Source: Candidatus Poribacteria bacterium
GTDB lineage: Bacteria; Poribacteria; WGA-4E; WGA-3G
Reading direction: 5' to 3'
Length of the DNA: 64,000 nucleotides
Assembly: GCA_003635185.1 (NCBI GenBank)
Contig: PYJA01000004.1
Location: 12,044 to 76,043 of the forward strand
Below are positions 55,642 to 64,000 of the stretch, one piece after another. Below the pieces are notes generated by a model. It saw nothing but the letters and a program-made list of their open reading frames with translations, did no database searches and was not told where the DNA came from. The first letter of the stretch is position 1. Every line of letters begins with the position of its first letter. The position numbers were made by a program, and so were the translations under genes.

Positions 55642-56961
55642 TCAAGAATCCAAGTGCGTGTCTATCTGCTTGAGAACGTTTTCAAAGTCTGCCTCTAATT
55701 CCAGGGGGGTGTTAAGGTAGCGGGGTTTCGGTTGATCGTCAACATTATGATAAGCCACCTTGAAATCCGGGAATTTGAGTCCGTTAGCAGTAGAAATCAC
55801 AATCACCCGATCATCTTTTTGGATCTGTTTGCGTTCAACCATTTTTATAAGTACGGCTAACGCAACACCTGTGTGGGGGCAGTTGAATAGTCCCGTTCTA
55901 TCCGCTCTGGCAGCTGCGTCAGCCAACTCCTCTTCTGTTGCCTGATCAACAATCCCATCAAACCGCTGTAAGACACGGATCGCACGATGAACAGAAACAG
56001 GATTACCAATTTGGATCGCAGTAGCTTGCGTGGATTGTGCGGTAATTGCGCTAAACTCTTTGAACCCTGTTTGAAAACTGCGATAAAGCGGATTGGCGCG
56101 TTCCGCTTGCGCGCATGCAATGCGCGGCAGCTTATCTATCATACCAAGCTCCAACATCATCAAAAAACCTAAGCCCAGTGCAAAGACGTTGCCAAGGTTA
56201 CCGCCCGGTATAATAATCCAATCAGGCACCTCCCAATCAAACTGCTGCACAATTTCAATGCTAATCGTTTTTTGTCCTTCAACGCGAAGGGAGTTGATAG
56301 AATTAGCAAGATAAAAATCCTTCCGCGCCGCAAGTTTTTGCACGATTTCCATGCATCCATCAAAATCTGTCTCAAGCGAAAGTGTTAATGCACCATTCGC
56401 AATCGGTTGAATAAGTTGCTCGCGCGTCACTTTCTCTTTCGGTAACAGAATGATAGCGGGGATCCCTGCTGCAGAAGCATACGCAGCCAAAGAGGCAGAG
56501 GTATCGCCTGTAGAAGCACACATTACAGCACGGATATTGCCAGATTCAGAAATAATCTGCTTTACCATAGAGACAAGCACGGTCATCCCAAGGTCCTTGA
56601 ATGAACCTGTATGACTGTTTCCACACTGTTTTATCCAAAGATCAGCGAGGCCGAGTTGTTTACCGAAACGTTCTGCCCAAAACAGATTGGTACCACCCTC
56701 ATACATGGAGATGATGTTTGCATTTTCAATATTCGGGCAAACAAACTCCTTTTTACCCCAAACACCGCTTCCGTAAGGATATTCTGTCCGCATATAACGT
56801 TGTTCAAAAAGAGATTTCCAATCTGCTGCGCTGCGTTGTTTCAACACGTCCATGTCATGGCGCACCTCTAACAACCCATTACAATTTCTACAGCGATAGA
56901 TAATTTCTGTGAGTGGATAGGTGCATCCTTTTTCGCACTCAAACCAGGCATTGTAATTCAT
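55642..56961 (-). CDS. thrC: Threonine synthase
   Basis: N-terminal Cys-rich ribbon (CEKGC...CRNCNG) and PLP-lysine motif GSFKDLGMT; 439 aa. Confidence 0.85.
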   Translation of the reverse strand: MNYNAWFECEKGCTYPLTEIIYRCRNCNGLLEVRHDMDVLKQRSAADWKSLFEQRYMRTEYPYGSGVWGKKEFVCPNIENANIISMYEGGTNLFWAERFGKQLGLADLWIKQCGNSHTGSFKDLGMTVLVSMVKQIISESGNIRAVMCASTGDTSASLAAYASAAGIPAIILLPKEKVTREQLIQPIANGALTLSLETDFDGCMEIVQKLAARKDFYLANSINSLRVEGQKTISIEIVQQFDWEVPDWIIIPGGNLGNVFALGLGFLMMLELGMIDKLPRIACAQAERANPLYRSFQTGFKEFSAITAQSTQATAIQIGNPVSVHRAIRVLQRFDGIVDQATEEELADAAARADRTGLFNCPHTGVALAVLIKMVERKQIQKDDRVIVISTANGLKFPDFKVAYHNVDDQPKPRYLNTPLELEADFENVLKQIDTHLDS

Positions 56962-57590
56962 GATTCCATATCTTCCTGAATAGCACCGAGATGTTCCATA
57001 CTGTTTGATGTAGACAAGAGCTGTTCAATCTCTTCAAGAGATGGTAACTCAGACGGGTTTTTCAATCCAAATTGTTGGAGAAAAGTATCGGTAGTCGAAA
57101 AAAGCAAGGAGCGGCCTGTCCCCTCTTTTCTGCCCGACACGCAAACGAGATTTTTCTCGACAAGCGCGTTAATCACACTGTCGCTGTTTACACCGCGAAT
57201 TGCTGATACATCATTGCGTGTAACAGGCTGTTTGTATGCAACAATCGCAAGCGTTTCTAATGCCGATGGTGACAACGTTACACGCACCTGTTGGATATAA
57301 AACTTCCGAATCCATTCCGAAAATTCTGGACGGGTACAAATTTGATAACCGTTCGCGATTTCAACCAGATGAAAACTTCGGTTCATCTGTTGATACTCAT
57401 CACGAAGTTCTGAGAGTACTTTCCGAATTTCTCGAGTATTTATCCCCGGCATTGCGTGCTGAAACTGTTTCACCGAAATCGGTTCGCTCGCAGCAAACAG
57501 AATCGCTTCCAATATCGATTTTATATTCTCTTCTGGTGCCACATCTGGATTGCTCATCAGATGTTCAGTTGTAACATTTTCCAAATCCAT
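56958..57590 (-). CDS. scpB: Segregation and condensation protein B
   Basis: ILEAILFAASEPISVKQ and winged-helix repeats. Start set to MDLENV (ATG 57590) to avoid overlapping scpA. Confidence 0.8.
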   Translation of the reverse strand: MDLENVTTEHLMSNPDVAPEENIKSILEAILFAASEPISVKQFQHAMPGINTREIRKVLSELRDEYQQMNRSFHLVEIANGYQICTRPEFSEWIRKFYIQQVRVTLSPSALETLAIVAYKQPVTRNDVSAIRGVNSDSVINALVEKNLVCVSGRKEGTGRSLLFSTTDTFLQQFGLKNPSELPSLEEIEQLLSTSNSMEHLGAIQEDMES

Positions 57591-57603
57591 TTTCCTATAC
57601 TTT

Positions 57604-58389
57604 CTATGCAGTAGATGTCGTTCCCTCTCTATCAACGACTTTCACAATATATATACTTTCAAATAAACCTGTTTGTACAGTAACGATCTTTCCTATTCGG
57701 ATAAGTTCTAAAACAGCGAGAAATGTGACGATCAGATCAATTTTACCTGAAGAGAGTGGAAATAGACTTTCGAAAAGCAATTGGTCTGCCCCATCTAATT
57801 GGTCCTCAATAAACGCTATTTTGTCCTCAACGGTAATCGTTTCCTCTTCAACTGTCTCGTACTCCTCATCCGGTTCAACCTGAGCAATCCGGTCATTGAT
57901 ATTCTTAAAGGCAGTGAGTAGGTCAAAAAGTGTAGCTTTTATCTCATAAGTCCGTGTTCCATCTAAATCAGCATGTAACTTTGCGCTTCTGTTGTATATT
58001 GAGGTGCGGCGTTCCGCATAAATATCTAAAACTTGTGCTGCTTCTTTGTAACGTTTGTACTCTAAAAGTTGTTGAACAAGTTGCTCTTGGTTACCTATCG
58101 GATGCTCAGAATCTGAGACTACTTGCGGCAGAATGCTTTGGGATTTTATATGCAGCAGTGTTGCCGCCATCACCAAAAAATCGGAGACTATATCTAAATC
58201 TAACCGCTCCATCAGATTTACATATTCCAAATACCGATCCGTAATTTTAGCAATCTGAATATCGTAAATATCCATCTCTTCTCTCTGAATCAGATGGAGA
58301 AGCAGATCAAGTGGGCCCTCAAAACCGTCTAATTTGACAGCGTAAATGGGATGTGTAGAAGGATTAGTAGGTGAAATTTCGGATAACAT
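57604..58389 (-). CDS. scpA: Segregation and condensation protein A
   Basis: VKLDGFEGPLDLLLHLIQREEMDIYDI is the kleisin ScpA N-terminus. Start set to MLSEI (ATG 58389). Confidence 0.8.
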   Translation of the reverse strand: MLSEISPTNPSTHPIYAVKLDGFEGPLDLLLHLIQREEMDIYDIQIAKITDRYLEYVNLMERLDLDIVSDFLVMAATLLHIKSQSILPQVVSDSEHPIGNQEQLVQQLLEYKRYKEAAQVLDIYAERRTSIYNRSAKLHADLDGTRTYEIKATLFDLLTAFKNINDRIAQVEPDEEYETVEEETITVEDKIAFIEDQLDGADQLLFESLFPLSSGKIDLIVTFLAVLELIRIGKIVTVQTGLFESIYIVKVVDREGTTSTA

Positions 58390-58423
58390 TTTAGTTTCAT
58401 TAGAAAGTACGGTCTTTCTTCTA

Positions 58424-59110
58424 TTAACGAACTCCAACGATTTTGGCAATTATATCGCGTATCTCCTGAGTTATTATAGATAAGAATATAAGCGGACTTG
58501 GTATCGGTAATATATAAGGTAAAAAAATCAGACCTATCAGAATTGGCATACCAAAAGGAGCGAGTTTTGAAAACTGGCGCGAGGCACTTTCTGGCAACAA
58601 TCCGTTGACAACACTAAACCCATCTAACGGGAAAAGTGGTAACATGTTAAACACTGCAAGGAACACACTTATGTGAGCAGAAGTTACTAAGAATCTGTAA
58701 ATTGCCAAATGTGTCTCAGAATTATAGGGTTGAAAATCAAGAGTAAGTTCCAATATTCTAATAATACTGAAAATCGCGAAGGTCAATAGGATATTCATAA
58801 ATGGACCCGCCGCAGCAATCAACATAATATCACTTCTCGGATTTTTGAGATTATATGGATTAACCGGCACAGGTTTTGCCCAACCAAAGAATCCGACTCT
58901 CGCGGAGAGTGCCCCAATCAAAGGTAAAAATAGCGTGCCAATAGGATCAATATGCGCCGCTGGATTTAGGGTCATACGTCCCTGATCGCGCGCTGTCGGA
59001 TCACCTAACATATTGGCGGATTTGGCATGCCCCCATTCATGAAAGGTCAACAGAATGATGAACTGTGTTATTATAAGGATTGCTTGATATATTCGTTCTG
59101 GCGAAAACAT
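58424..59110 (-). CDS. Site-2 protease family (peptidase M50) membrane metalloprotease
   Basis: HEWGHA zinc motif, NMLPLFPLDG motif, multiple TM segments. Confidence 0.8.
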   Translation of the reverse strand: MFSPERIYQAILIITQFIILLTFHEWGHAKSANMLGDPTARDQGRMTLNPAAHIDPIGTLFLPLIGALSARVGFFGWAKPVPVNPYNLKNPRSDIMLIAAAGPFMNILLTFAIFSIIRILELTLDFQPYNSETHLAIYRFLVTSAHISVFLAVFNMLPLFPLDGFSVVNGLLPESASRQFSKLAPFGMPILIGLIFLPYILPIPSPLIFLSIITQEIRDIIAKIVGVR

Positions 59111-59186
59111 GTTTATCTATACTTACCTGAGTATTTTGTCCCACAATCTGTATGAAGTTTAAGTTATTAATTCGGTCCTTTTCGGT

Positions 59187-59245
59187 CTGCACGAAACACG
59201 CGTACCCTGCTGCTGGCGAGATTTCCTAACCTCGCCACATTCCCC
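59187..59245 (+). repeat. Family B hairpin with conserved flank (cacgaaacacgcgt..cctgctgctGGCGAGaTTTCCTAACCTCGCC)
   Basis: The same 55-60 bp sequence recurs at 62596-62680. The hairpin alone recurs at 63689-63709. Confidence 0.6.
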
Positions 59246-59336
59246 AATTTATTTTCTAAACTTCATTTAGATTATATCCTGCGTATTTTTGTATCACAAC
59301 CTGTTAGGTTGTGTCCCATTTGGACTTCATTCAACT

Positions 59337-60806
59337 TCACTGACGTATAACAGCTGCCTTAAGTTGCTGAAAGTGTGAATATGCTTCTGATTTAGAGTTA
59401 ATTTTATTATCCAATTGTGCCGCAAACAGCTCCCACAGTATTGATCCAAAATCTTTCCCCGGTTTCTCACCCCACTGAATCAAGTCATCACCTGTGATAA
59501 TAGGTTGTATCTTCCGCATAGTGCAAAGGTAATCTCCAATACTTTTACGTTGTACGTCCGATAAATTGGTATCCGAATATCCTAAAACAAGCGCTTCAAG
59601 CGAAAAAGGTTTTAGCATTTGGTAAATTTTGCTCGGCGCGGTTGTTTCCGTTAAAGAATCCAAGATAGGCAACAATTGGCGATATGCGGTTATTGGTGTC
59701 TGTACTTTATATATAATTTTATTTTCATATACGTAAGTTAATCTGTTTTCGGCATCAACGATGCCCCATTTTCCGTTATGGTCCCAAATAGAAGCATTTT
59801 GAGATAGTTTCAAACCAAGTTTTTCAAAAACGAATCGGACAGTTTTTTTTGAAGGAATTTCTTGATTCAACACTTGCGTTGCACTCGCTATGCGGCGGAG
59901 TTGATGTTCCAATACAAGTCTAAAACAGAGTGCCTCAATCTGATATATCGGCATGCCATGCAAGTTGCCTATCCCGAACAGCGACATCCATCGCACAATA
60001 TTCGGCTGAAAATCTTCTTCAGTAATATGCTCTGATGCCCATGAGATTGCTTGTTGTGCCGTTTGAAAATCAGACGAGAAAGTCCGAGAGATTTTCCAGC
60101 CCGAAAAGATTGCCTGATATACACCCAATTTCGCAAGTTCTTGCACAATCTGTGGCGCGTTGTTTTCAAGTAAGACTCTGTCAATTTCATTCCGTCCCCG
60201 TTCACCGCTAAGGTGCGCTAAAAGTGGGACTGCCTCCTTTATTAACAATATATCAGCATCTGCAATACGAAAATCATAACGTCCTGCATACCTGCAAGCA
60301 CGAAAGATACGGGTTGGATCGTCTATGAAACTTTTGCTGTGAAGAACGCGAACGGTGCCAGTCTTAAGATCGGCAAGACCATCAGTTTTATCAATAACTT
60401 CCCCAAAATTAGCCGCGTCTAACCGCATTGCTAATGCGTTGATAGAAAAATCTCTCCGCTGTAAATCCTCTGTTATCGTGCCACTTTCTACCTTAGGTAA
60501 CGTTCCAGGTTTTTGATACGTTTCACGCCGGGCAGTGACAAAATCTACTTTTGGTTTAGTCGGATCTGCTGGTATAACGGTTGCTGTGCCAAACTGTTCA
60601 TGCACCTGCAGGGAACCCTCCCAACGTTTTTGCATCTCTTTTGCAACCCGAAGCGCATCTCCTTCCACTACAATGTCAATATCAAAAGTGGGTCGTTTTA
60701 GCAGAAGGTCTCTGACTGATCCACCAACAAGATAGGCATGCTTACCACCGACTTCACCGATTTCGTGTAATATGTCTAAAAGCGATTCGGGGATATCAGG
60801 TATCAT
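59337..60806 (-). CDS. CCA-adding enzyme / poly(A) polymerase family nucleotidyltransferase
   Basis: GGSVRDLLLKRPTFDIDIVV head domain and RRDFSINA. Start moved to MIPDIP (ATG 60806) to remove the overlap with the upstream cyclase gene. Confidence 0.75.
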   Translation of the reverse strand: MIPDIPESLLDILHEIGEVGGKHAYLVGGSVRDLLLKRPTFDIDIVVEGDALRVAKEMQKRWEGSLQVHEQFGTATVIPADPTKPKVDFVTARRETYQKPGTLPKVESGTITEDLQRRDFSINALAMRLDAANFGEVIDKTDGLADLKTGTVRVLHSKSFIDDPTRIFRACRYAGRYDFRIADADILLIKEAVPLLAHLSGERGRNEIDRVLLENNAPQIVQELAKLGVYQAIFSGWKISRTFSSDFQTAQQAISWASEHITEEDFQPNIVRWMSLFGIGNLHGMPIYQIEALCFRLVLEHQLRRIASATQVLNQEIPSKKTVRFVFEKLGLKLSQNASIWDHNGKWGIVDAENRLTYVYENKIIYKVQTPITAYRQLLPILDSLTETTAPSKIYQMLKPFSLEALVLGYSDTNLSDVQRKSIGDYLCTMRKIQPIITGDDLIQWGEKPGKDFGSILWELFAAQLDNKINSKSEAYSHFQQLKAAVIRQ

Positions 60807-60868
60807 TTTCTTTTCTGAGGGAGGTTCTTGCGCAAACACTGCTAAAGGATAGCGTCCGTTGCTGCAAT

Positions 60869-61549
60869 TTATACAAACGCGAAAACGCGGGTCGGTGCAC
60901 CAGAACTTCTTGCCAACTTTAACGGCGCAATTACCACATAGAAGTGTGTCGGCAGTTGACTCAAATTGCACAAATCTTCTACATGCGGAATGCCGGCTCC
61001 GAGAAAAACGAGGTGTGCAGGGGGTAAGCCATCATATAACGGAGGATGTCCTTCCACAGCATCAATACTGCATGCATCTGTGCCGATAACCTTAATTCCT
61101 TTTTCAACAAGAAATTCAGCTGCATCTTCACTAAAGCCAATCCATTCACGATTAAAGTTGTCTTGATAGACGAATCTATCCATTCCTGTCCGCATAAAGA
61201 CGATGCTGTCTGGCGGAATCTCTCCGTTTTCTGTTACCCATGCTTCAACATCTTCCGCAGTCACTGCATCATTCGGTTTCTTAATCGCAGAAAAGTCCAT
61301 TAACACCGCATGCCCAGTCAATTTTTCCTTCGGAATTTCTGCTACAGTAAACCCGTCTGGATACATCAAGCAGGAAGCGTCAATATGTGTGGAGCAGTGA
61401 CCAGACATATCAACACGGCTTTCAAAGTAACCATCTTTTTCTAATGTTGCCTGGTCATAAATATGTACAGGATCAATCGGTAATTCTCGCGGGCTATTTT
61501 CATCAACCACGTAAGACAGATCCAGCACGTTTTGAAAATCAAGATGCAT
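60869..61549 (-). CDS. Cyclase-family protein (kynurenine formamidase-like)
   Basis: 226 aa; SGHCSTHIDA resembles the HxGTHxDxP motif of the putative cyclase family. Confidence 0.6.
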   Translation of the reverse strand: MHLDFQNVLDLSYVVDENSPRELPIDPVHIYDQATLEKDGYFESRVDMSGHCSTHIDASCLMYPDGFTVAEIPKEKLTGHAVLMDFSAIKKPNDAVTAEDVEAWVTENGEIPPDSIVFMRTGMDRFVYQDNFNREWIGFSEDAAEFLVEKGIKVIGTDACSIDAVEGHPPLYDGLPPAHLVFLGAGIPHVEDLCNLSQLPTHFYVVIAPLKLARSSGAPTRVFAFV

Positions 61550-61584
61550 TTTGTTCTCTCATTCTTTTTAGCTATTATAGATAT

Positions 61585-61613
61585 AGTATAGCACATTTCG
61601 CATCACAATTCAA
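61585..61613 (-). promoter_or_regulatory. Putative promoter TTGAAT-17-TGCTATACT for the cyclase/CCA operon
   Basis: On the minus strand: ttgaat (61613-61608), a 17-nt spacer, then tgc-tatact (61590-61585), about 35 nt upstream of the ATG at 61549. Confidence 0.45.
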
Positions 61614-61653
61614 GCAGTAAAAACTATGAGTGTGTCCATATTTTGGCATGTGT

Positions 61654-61806
61654 GTCTGAATCGCGGATTACACGGATGACGCGGATGGGAGGTTGGCAAG
61701 ATAAGTTCCTTTTCAAGAGATTTAGGCAAACTTTGAATAGGAGTTTAGGAGTCCCAAACATAATAATCCGCGTCTTCCGCGTCATCCGTGTAATCCGAGA
61801 TTCAGA
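61654..61806. mobile_element. MITE-like element: about 32-bp terminal inverted repeats flanking about 85 bp
   Basis: Left arm gtctgaatcgcggattacacggatgacgcgga; right arm reverse complement gtctgaatctcggattacacggatgacgcgga. A related half-site, tgtctgaatcacagatgagcgcggat, lies at 3121-3146. Confidence 0.5.
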
Positions 61807-61907
61807 CAACATAAAAAGCAAACCTATTGGATATCTATGGGATATCTATTGTTCACCGCATCGGTTTCCTTCCAAATGCTATGCCAGTATCAGATAAAAT
61901 ATAACGT

Positions 61908-62570
61908 ATGAAAAACACAGAAAAACTTACCCCATCAGAACATGATACGCGTACCGAAGAAGATAACAAGCGCACTATCAATCGACTCCTTAACCTATAC
62001 GATACAGTGCTGGATGAATGCACCAGCCTCATGCAAGAACCTGAACCCGAGCAGAACCTCACGTGCGCAGAGAAACTTGATCTGCTCAAGAAACTCACCA
62101 CTGTCGCAGACCCACTCATGCGACGCTGGAATATCACGCATCAAGGATACGACAGCAGCGTGCGCATGGCACAAGACAAGAAAGACAACAGTCCCACGGC
62201 ACAAGCCAAGCCAGACGACAGTCCCACTCCCACGCCACAAGCCAAACCCGCTGAGCAAAACGAGACAAACAAATTTCACCATGTGAGAGAAATAGAACCC
62301 GGTGTGATGGAACTGTGTACTCTATCCCCAGCTGGGGAAGAAGATCAATGCGAAATTGTCAAAGTCCAAGAAATTGAACCCGATGTATTTGAAATAATAG
62401 ACCCTGATCCAAACGGACCCACAACCCTTCACATCACCCAACGTTACCACCCAGACATGTTAGAGATATTGAAAACAATGATGATCCCGTTCCCAGAGGA
62501 AGAAGACGAATCCGAATCGACCGCCTCAGTTGATACGCCAGCTGTCAACCCAAACGCCCCAGATACTTGA
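61908..62570 (+). CDS. Hypothetical acidic, proline-rich protein
   Basis: 220-aa ORF with internal repeats (QAKPDDSPTPTPQAKP; VQEIEPDVFEI / REIEPGVMEL). No family recognised. Confidence 0.4.
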   Translation: MKNTEKLTPSEHDTRTEEDNKRTINRLLNLYDTVLDECTSLMQEPEPEQNLTCAEKLDLLKKLTTVADPLMRRWNITHQGYDSSVRMAQDKKDNSPTAQAKPDDSPTPTPQAKPAEQNETNKFHHVREIEPGVMELCTLSPAGEEDQCEIVKVQEIEPDVFEIIDPDPNGPTTLHITQRYHPDMLEILKTMMIPFPEEEDESESTASVDTPAVNPNAPDT

Positions 62571-62595
62571 TGCCAAAGCAATAGTTAGAACTCAT

Positions 62596-62680
62596 CCGCA
62601 CGAAACACGCGGACCTTGCCCCATTACGAAACACGCGTGTCCTGCTGCTGGCGAGGTTTCCTAACCTCGCCAATGTCCAG
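62596..62680 (+). repeat. Family B hairpin with conserved flank, second copy (flank partly duplicated)
   Basis: cgcacgaaacacgcggacc...tacgaaacacgcgtgtcctgctgctggcgaggtttcctaacctcgcc. Confidence 0.6.
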
Positions 62681-62709
62681 GTAATTGTGGATTGGACTAT
62701 AATACGGTA

Positions 62710-63477
62710 TCATTTTTGAAAGTAGTCTAATACGGTATCATGCAGGATCCCATTCGTTGCTACCAGTGAAGCGGTCTCTTTCGTGATAGCGTTCCCTTGC
62801 ACGTCTGTCACCGTTCCACCCGCTTCTCGTACAATAACGGTGATCGCCGCGATGTCCCAGATACTAATCGCCGCTTCAATCACAGCATCTACTCTACCAG
62901 AAGCGACAAGGTGATACATATAGAAATCGCCAAACCCTCGAGTACGGGACGCATCATTGATAAGGTTGTAAATACCGGGGAAAGTGCCTGTTTCTACAAA
63001 CCATTTCAGTCCACCGTGGCAGACCATTGCATCTGCAGATTGTGAAACATCGGACACTTTAATCGGTTCACCGTTTAGGAATGCACCTTTGCCTACTTCA
63101 GCGTATAGCAGTTCATTTAAAAGCGGAGCATTAGAAACGCCGAGGATAAGTTCTTCATCCTTCATCAGAGCAATCTGTGTACCAAAGATGGGGATTTTCC
63201 GAATGTAATTCTTCGTAGCATCAATCGGATCAACAATCCATAGATACGGTGATGTTCCCACTTGTGTACCATATTCTTCACCCAAAAATCCGTGGTCGGG
63301 AAATACTTGCGTGATGGTTTCGCGGATCGCTTTTTCCGCTTCGGTATCAGCGCGAGTTACCGGAGTTTCATCATCCTTTAGTTCAACATTCAATGCATCG
63401 GTTGTGTAGTATGAAGTGATAATTTCTTCAGCGTTTTTAGCTGCCTCAAGTGCAACATTCAAAAAATGACTTGTCAT
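62710..63477 (-). CDS. Inositol monophosphatase family protein (SuhB/HisN-like)
   Basis: GEE, WIVDPIDATKNY and WDIAA motifs. Confidence 0.85.
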   Translation of the reverse strand: MTSHFLNVALEAAKNAEEIITSYYTTDALNVELKDDETPVTRADTEAEKAIRETITQVFPDHGFLGEEYGTQVGTSPYLWIVDPIDATKNYIRKIPIFGTQIALMKDEELILGVSNAPLLNELLYAEVGKGAFLNGEPIKVSDVSQSADAMVCHGGLKWFVETGTFPGIYNLINDASRTRGFGDFYMYHLVASGRVDAVIEAAISIWDIAAITVIVREAGGTVTDVQGNAITKETASLVATNGILHDTVLDYFQK

Positions 63478-63507
63478 GGATTCTCCTATTCAAACCTAAG
63501 TTGCACC

Positions 63508-63606
63508 TTGTCCCACAGTCTATTAGATTGTGCCTGTGCGGACGCAAACTGACAGTTTGCTCTACAATATTTCACCAATAACGAACTGCTCACTATTATA
63601 GTGAAA
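63508..63606 (+). repeat. Dispersed repeat family A, copy 4
   Basis: ttgtcccacagtctattagattgtgcc...gacgcaaactgacagtttgctctacaat...ctcactattatagtgaaa. Confidence 0.55.
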
Positions 63607-63688
63607 TCTAAAATTACTTTTACAGTTCTTTAGAGGTTTGATGCGTTTGTAGTCGCGCAATTCATTGCGCCTCTTACATTGAACGGTA

Positions 63689-63709
63689 GGCGAGGTTTCC
63701 TAACCTCGC
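63689..63709. repeat. Family B hairpin ggcgaggtttcctaacctcgc
   Basis: Identical stem-loop to those at 62650-62671 and 59215-59236. Confidence 0.6.
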
Positions 63710-63853
63710 TGGCGTAGAGTGTAAAAGTAATTCCAAAATCTACTATTAAAAACGGTGTCTGCATGTCTAAAAACTTATACGGAGCAACTTGGGTATAATA
63801 GATTTTACAATTTATTTTAATAGATTTTACAATTTAATGATACATTTAAACTT

Positions 63854-63882
63854 TTGACTTGTCCCCACATCTATGCTATAGT
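63854..63882 (+). promoter_or_regulatory. Putative promoter TTGACT-17-TGCTATAGT
   Basis: ttgact at 63854-63859, a 17-nt spacer ending in TGC, tatagt at 63877-63882, about 60 nt upstream of the ATG at 63945. Confidence 0.5.
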
Positions 63883-63944
63883 AACATATCCAATAAAGAA
63901 ATCGGGGTACAAACCCCACGTACAGAAGGAGCCAAGACATACTA

Positions 63945-64000
63945 ATGGCAGATATTATTAAAGGCGCTGTTCTCGGTTATGGAGCAGCATTCAATATGGG
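63945..64000 (+). CDS. 5' end of an ORF running off the window (possibly a Gfo/Idh/MocA oxidoreductase)
   Basis: MADIIKGAVLGYGAAFNMG after GAAGGAG. Only 18 codons are visible. Confidence 0.35.
   Translation, partial: MADIIKGAVLGYGAAFNM

Noticed and set aside
61624-61897. Two small ORFs (65 and 84 aa) across 61624-61897
   Set aside because: Both merely translate the inverted-repeat arms of the MITE-like element (SRITRMTR / IRVIRVIRDSD). They are mirror images of each other on opposite strands.

Overview
This 64 kb window looks like a contig from an uncultivated bacterium. Abundant sulfatases, a WD40 protein, TPR and PhyH proteins and a heavy R-M/TA load resemble sponge-associated or Poribacteria-like genomes, but that is a weak inference. 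All calls come from reading the ORF translations and the DNA by eye; no searches were run.

The ends carry ordinary metabolic and housekeeping genes:
- 0-20 kb: glutamate dehydrogenase, an NHL propeller, an ECF sigma factor, three tandem PD40-propeller paralogs, an enolase-superfamily enzyme, a Gfo/Idh/MocA oxidoreductase, a TonB-dependent receptor, a 14-blade WD40 protein, ABC ATPase/SBP and a PfkB kinase.
- 55.6-64 kb: thrC, scpB, scpA, an M50 protease, a CCA-type nucleotidyltransferase, a cyclase and an IMPase.

The middle is accessory DNA:
1. 20.5-30.8 kb holds a type I R-M operon (hsdM...hsdS...hsdR, minus strand). A DUF433/DUF5615 pair splits it, and so does a 3.4 kb cassette: a DUF2806-like gene plus two diverged HigB/HigA-like modules that bracket two unknown small genes.
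2. 38.5-40.4 kb holds an ABC-type AAA ATPase with a DUF4276 (Toprim-like) partner. A 67-bp insertion carrying a 30-bp direct repeat disrupts the partner.
3. 41.6-42.3 kb holds a Cas2 gene relic and a possible orphan CRISPR repeat.
4. 47.6-55.2 kb is an apparently AT-rich island. It has two tandem PIN modules (one partner fused to TPR repeats), a DNA-methyltransferase relic, a three-gene cassette and a type II-like R-M. The cassette encodes an anchorless GT51 peptidoglycan-glycosyltransferase-like protein translationally coupled to a pol-beta-type nucleotidyltransferase-like protein, plus a 143-aa unknown. The R-M has one methyltransferase followed by two paralogous nuclease-like genes.

The GT51-like/NTase cassette and the cassette inside the type I R-M are my best candidates for undescribed defence-type systems.

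Intergenic DNA is full of several short dispersed hairpin or MITE-like repeat families. There are also several decayed genes: a Uma2 frameshift, a truncated toxin and a frameshift in the third PD40 copy. I found no rRNA gene, tRNA gene or intact CRISPR array.
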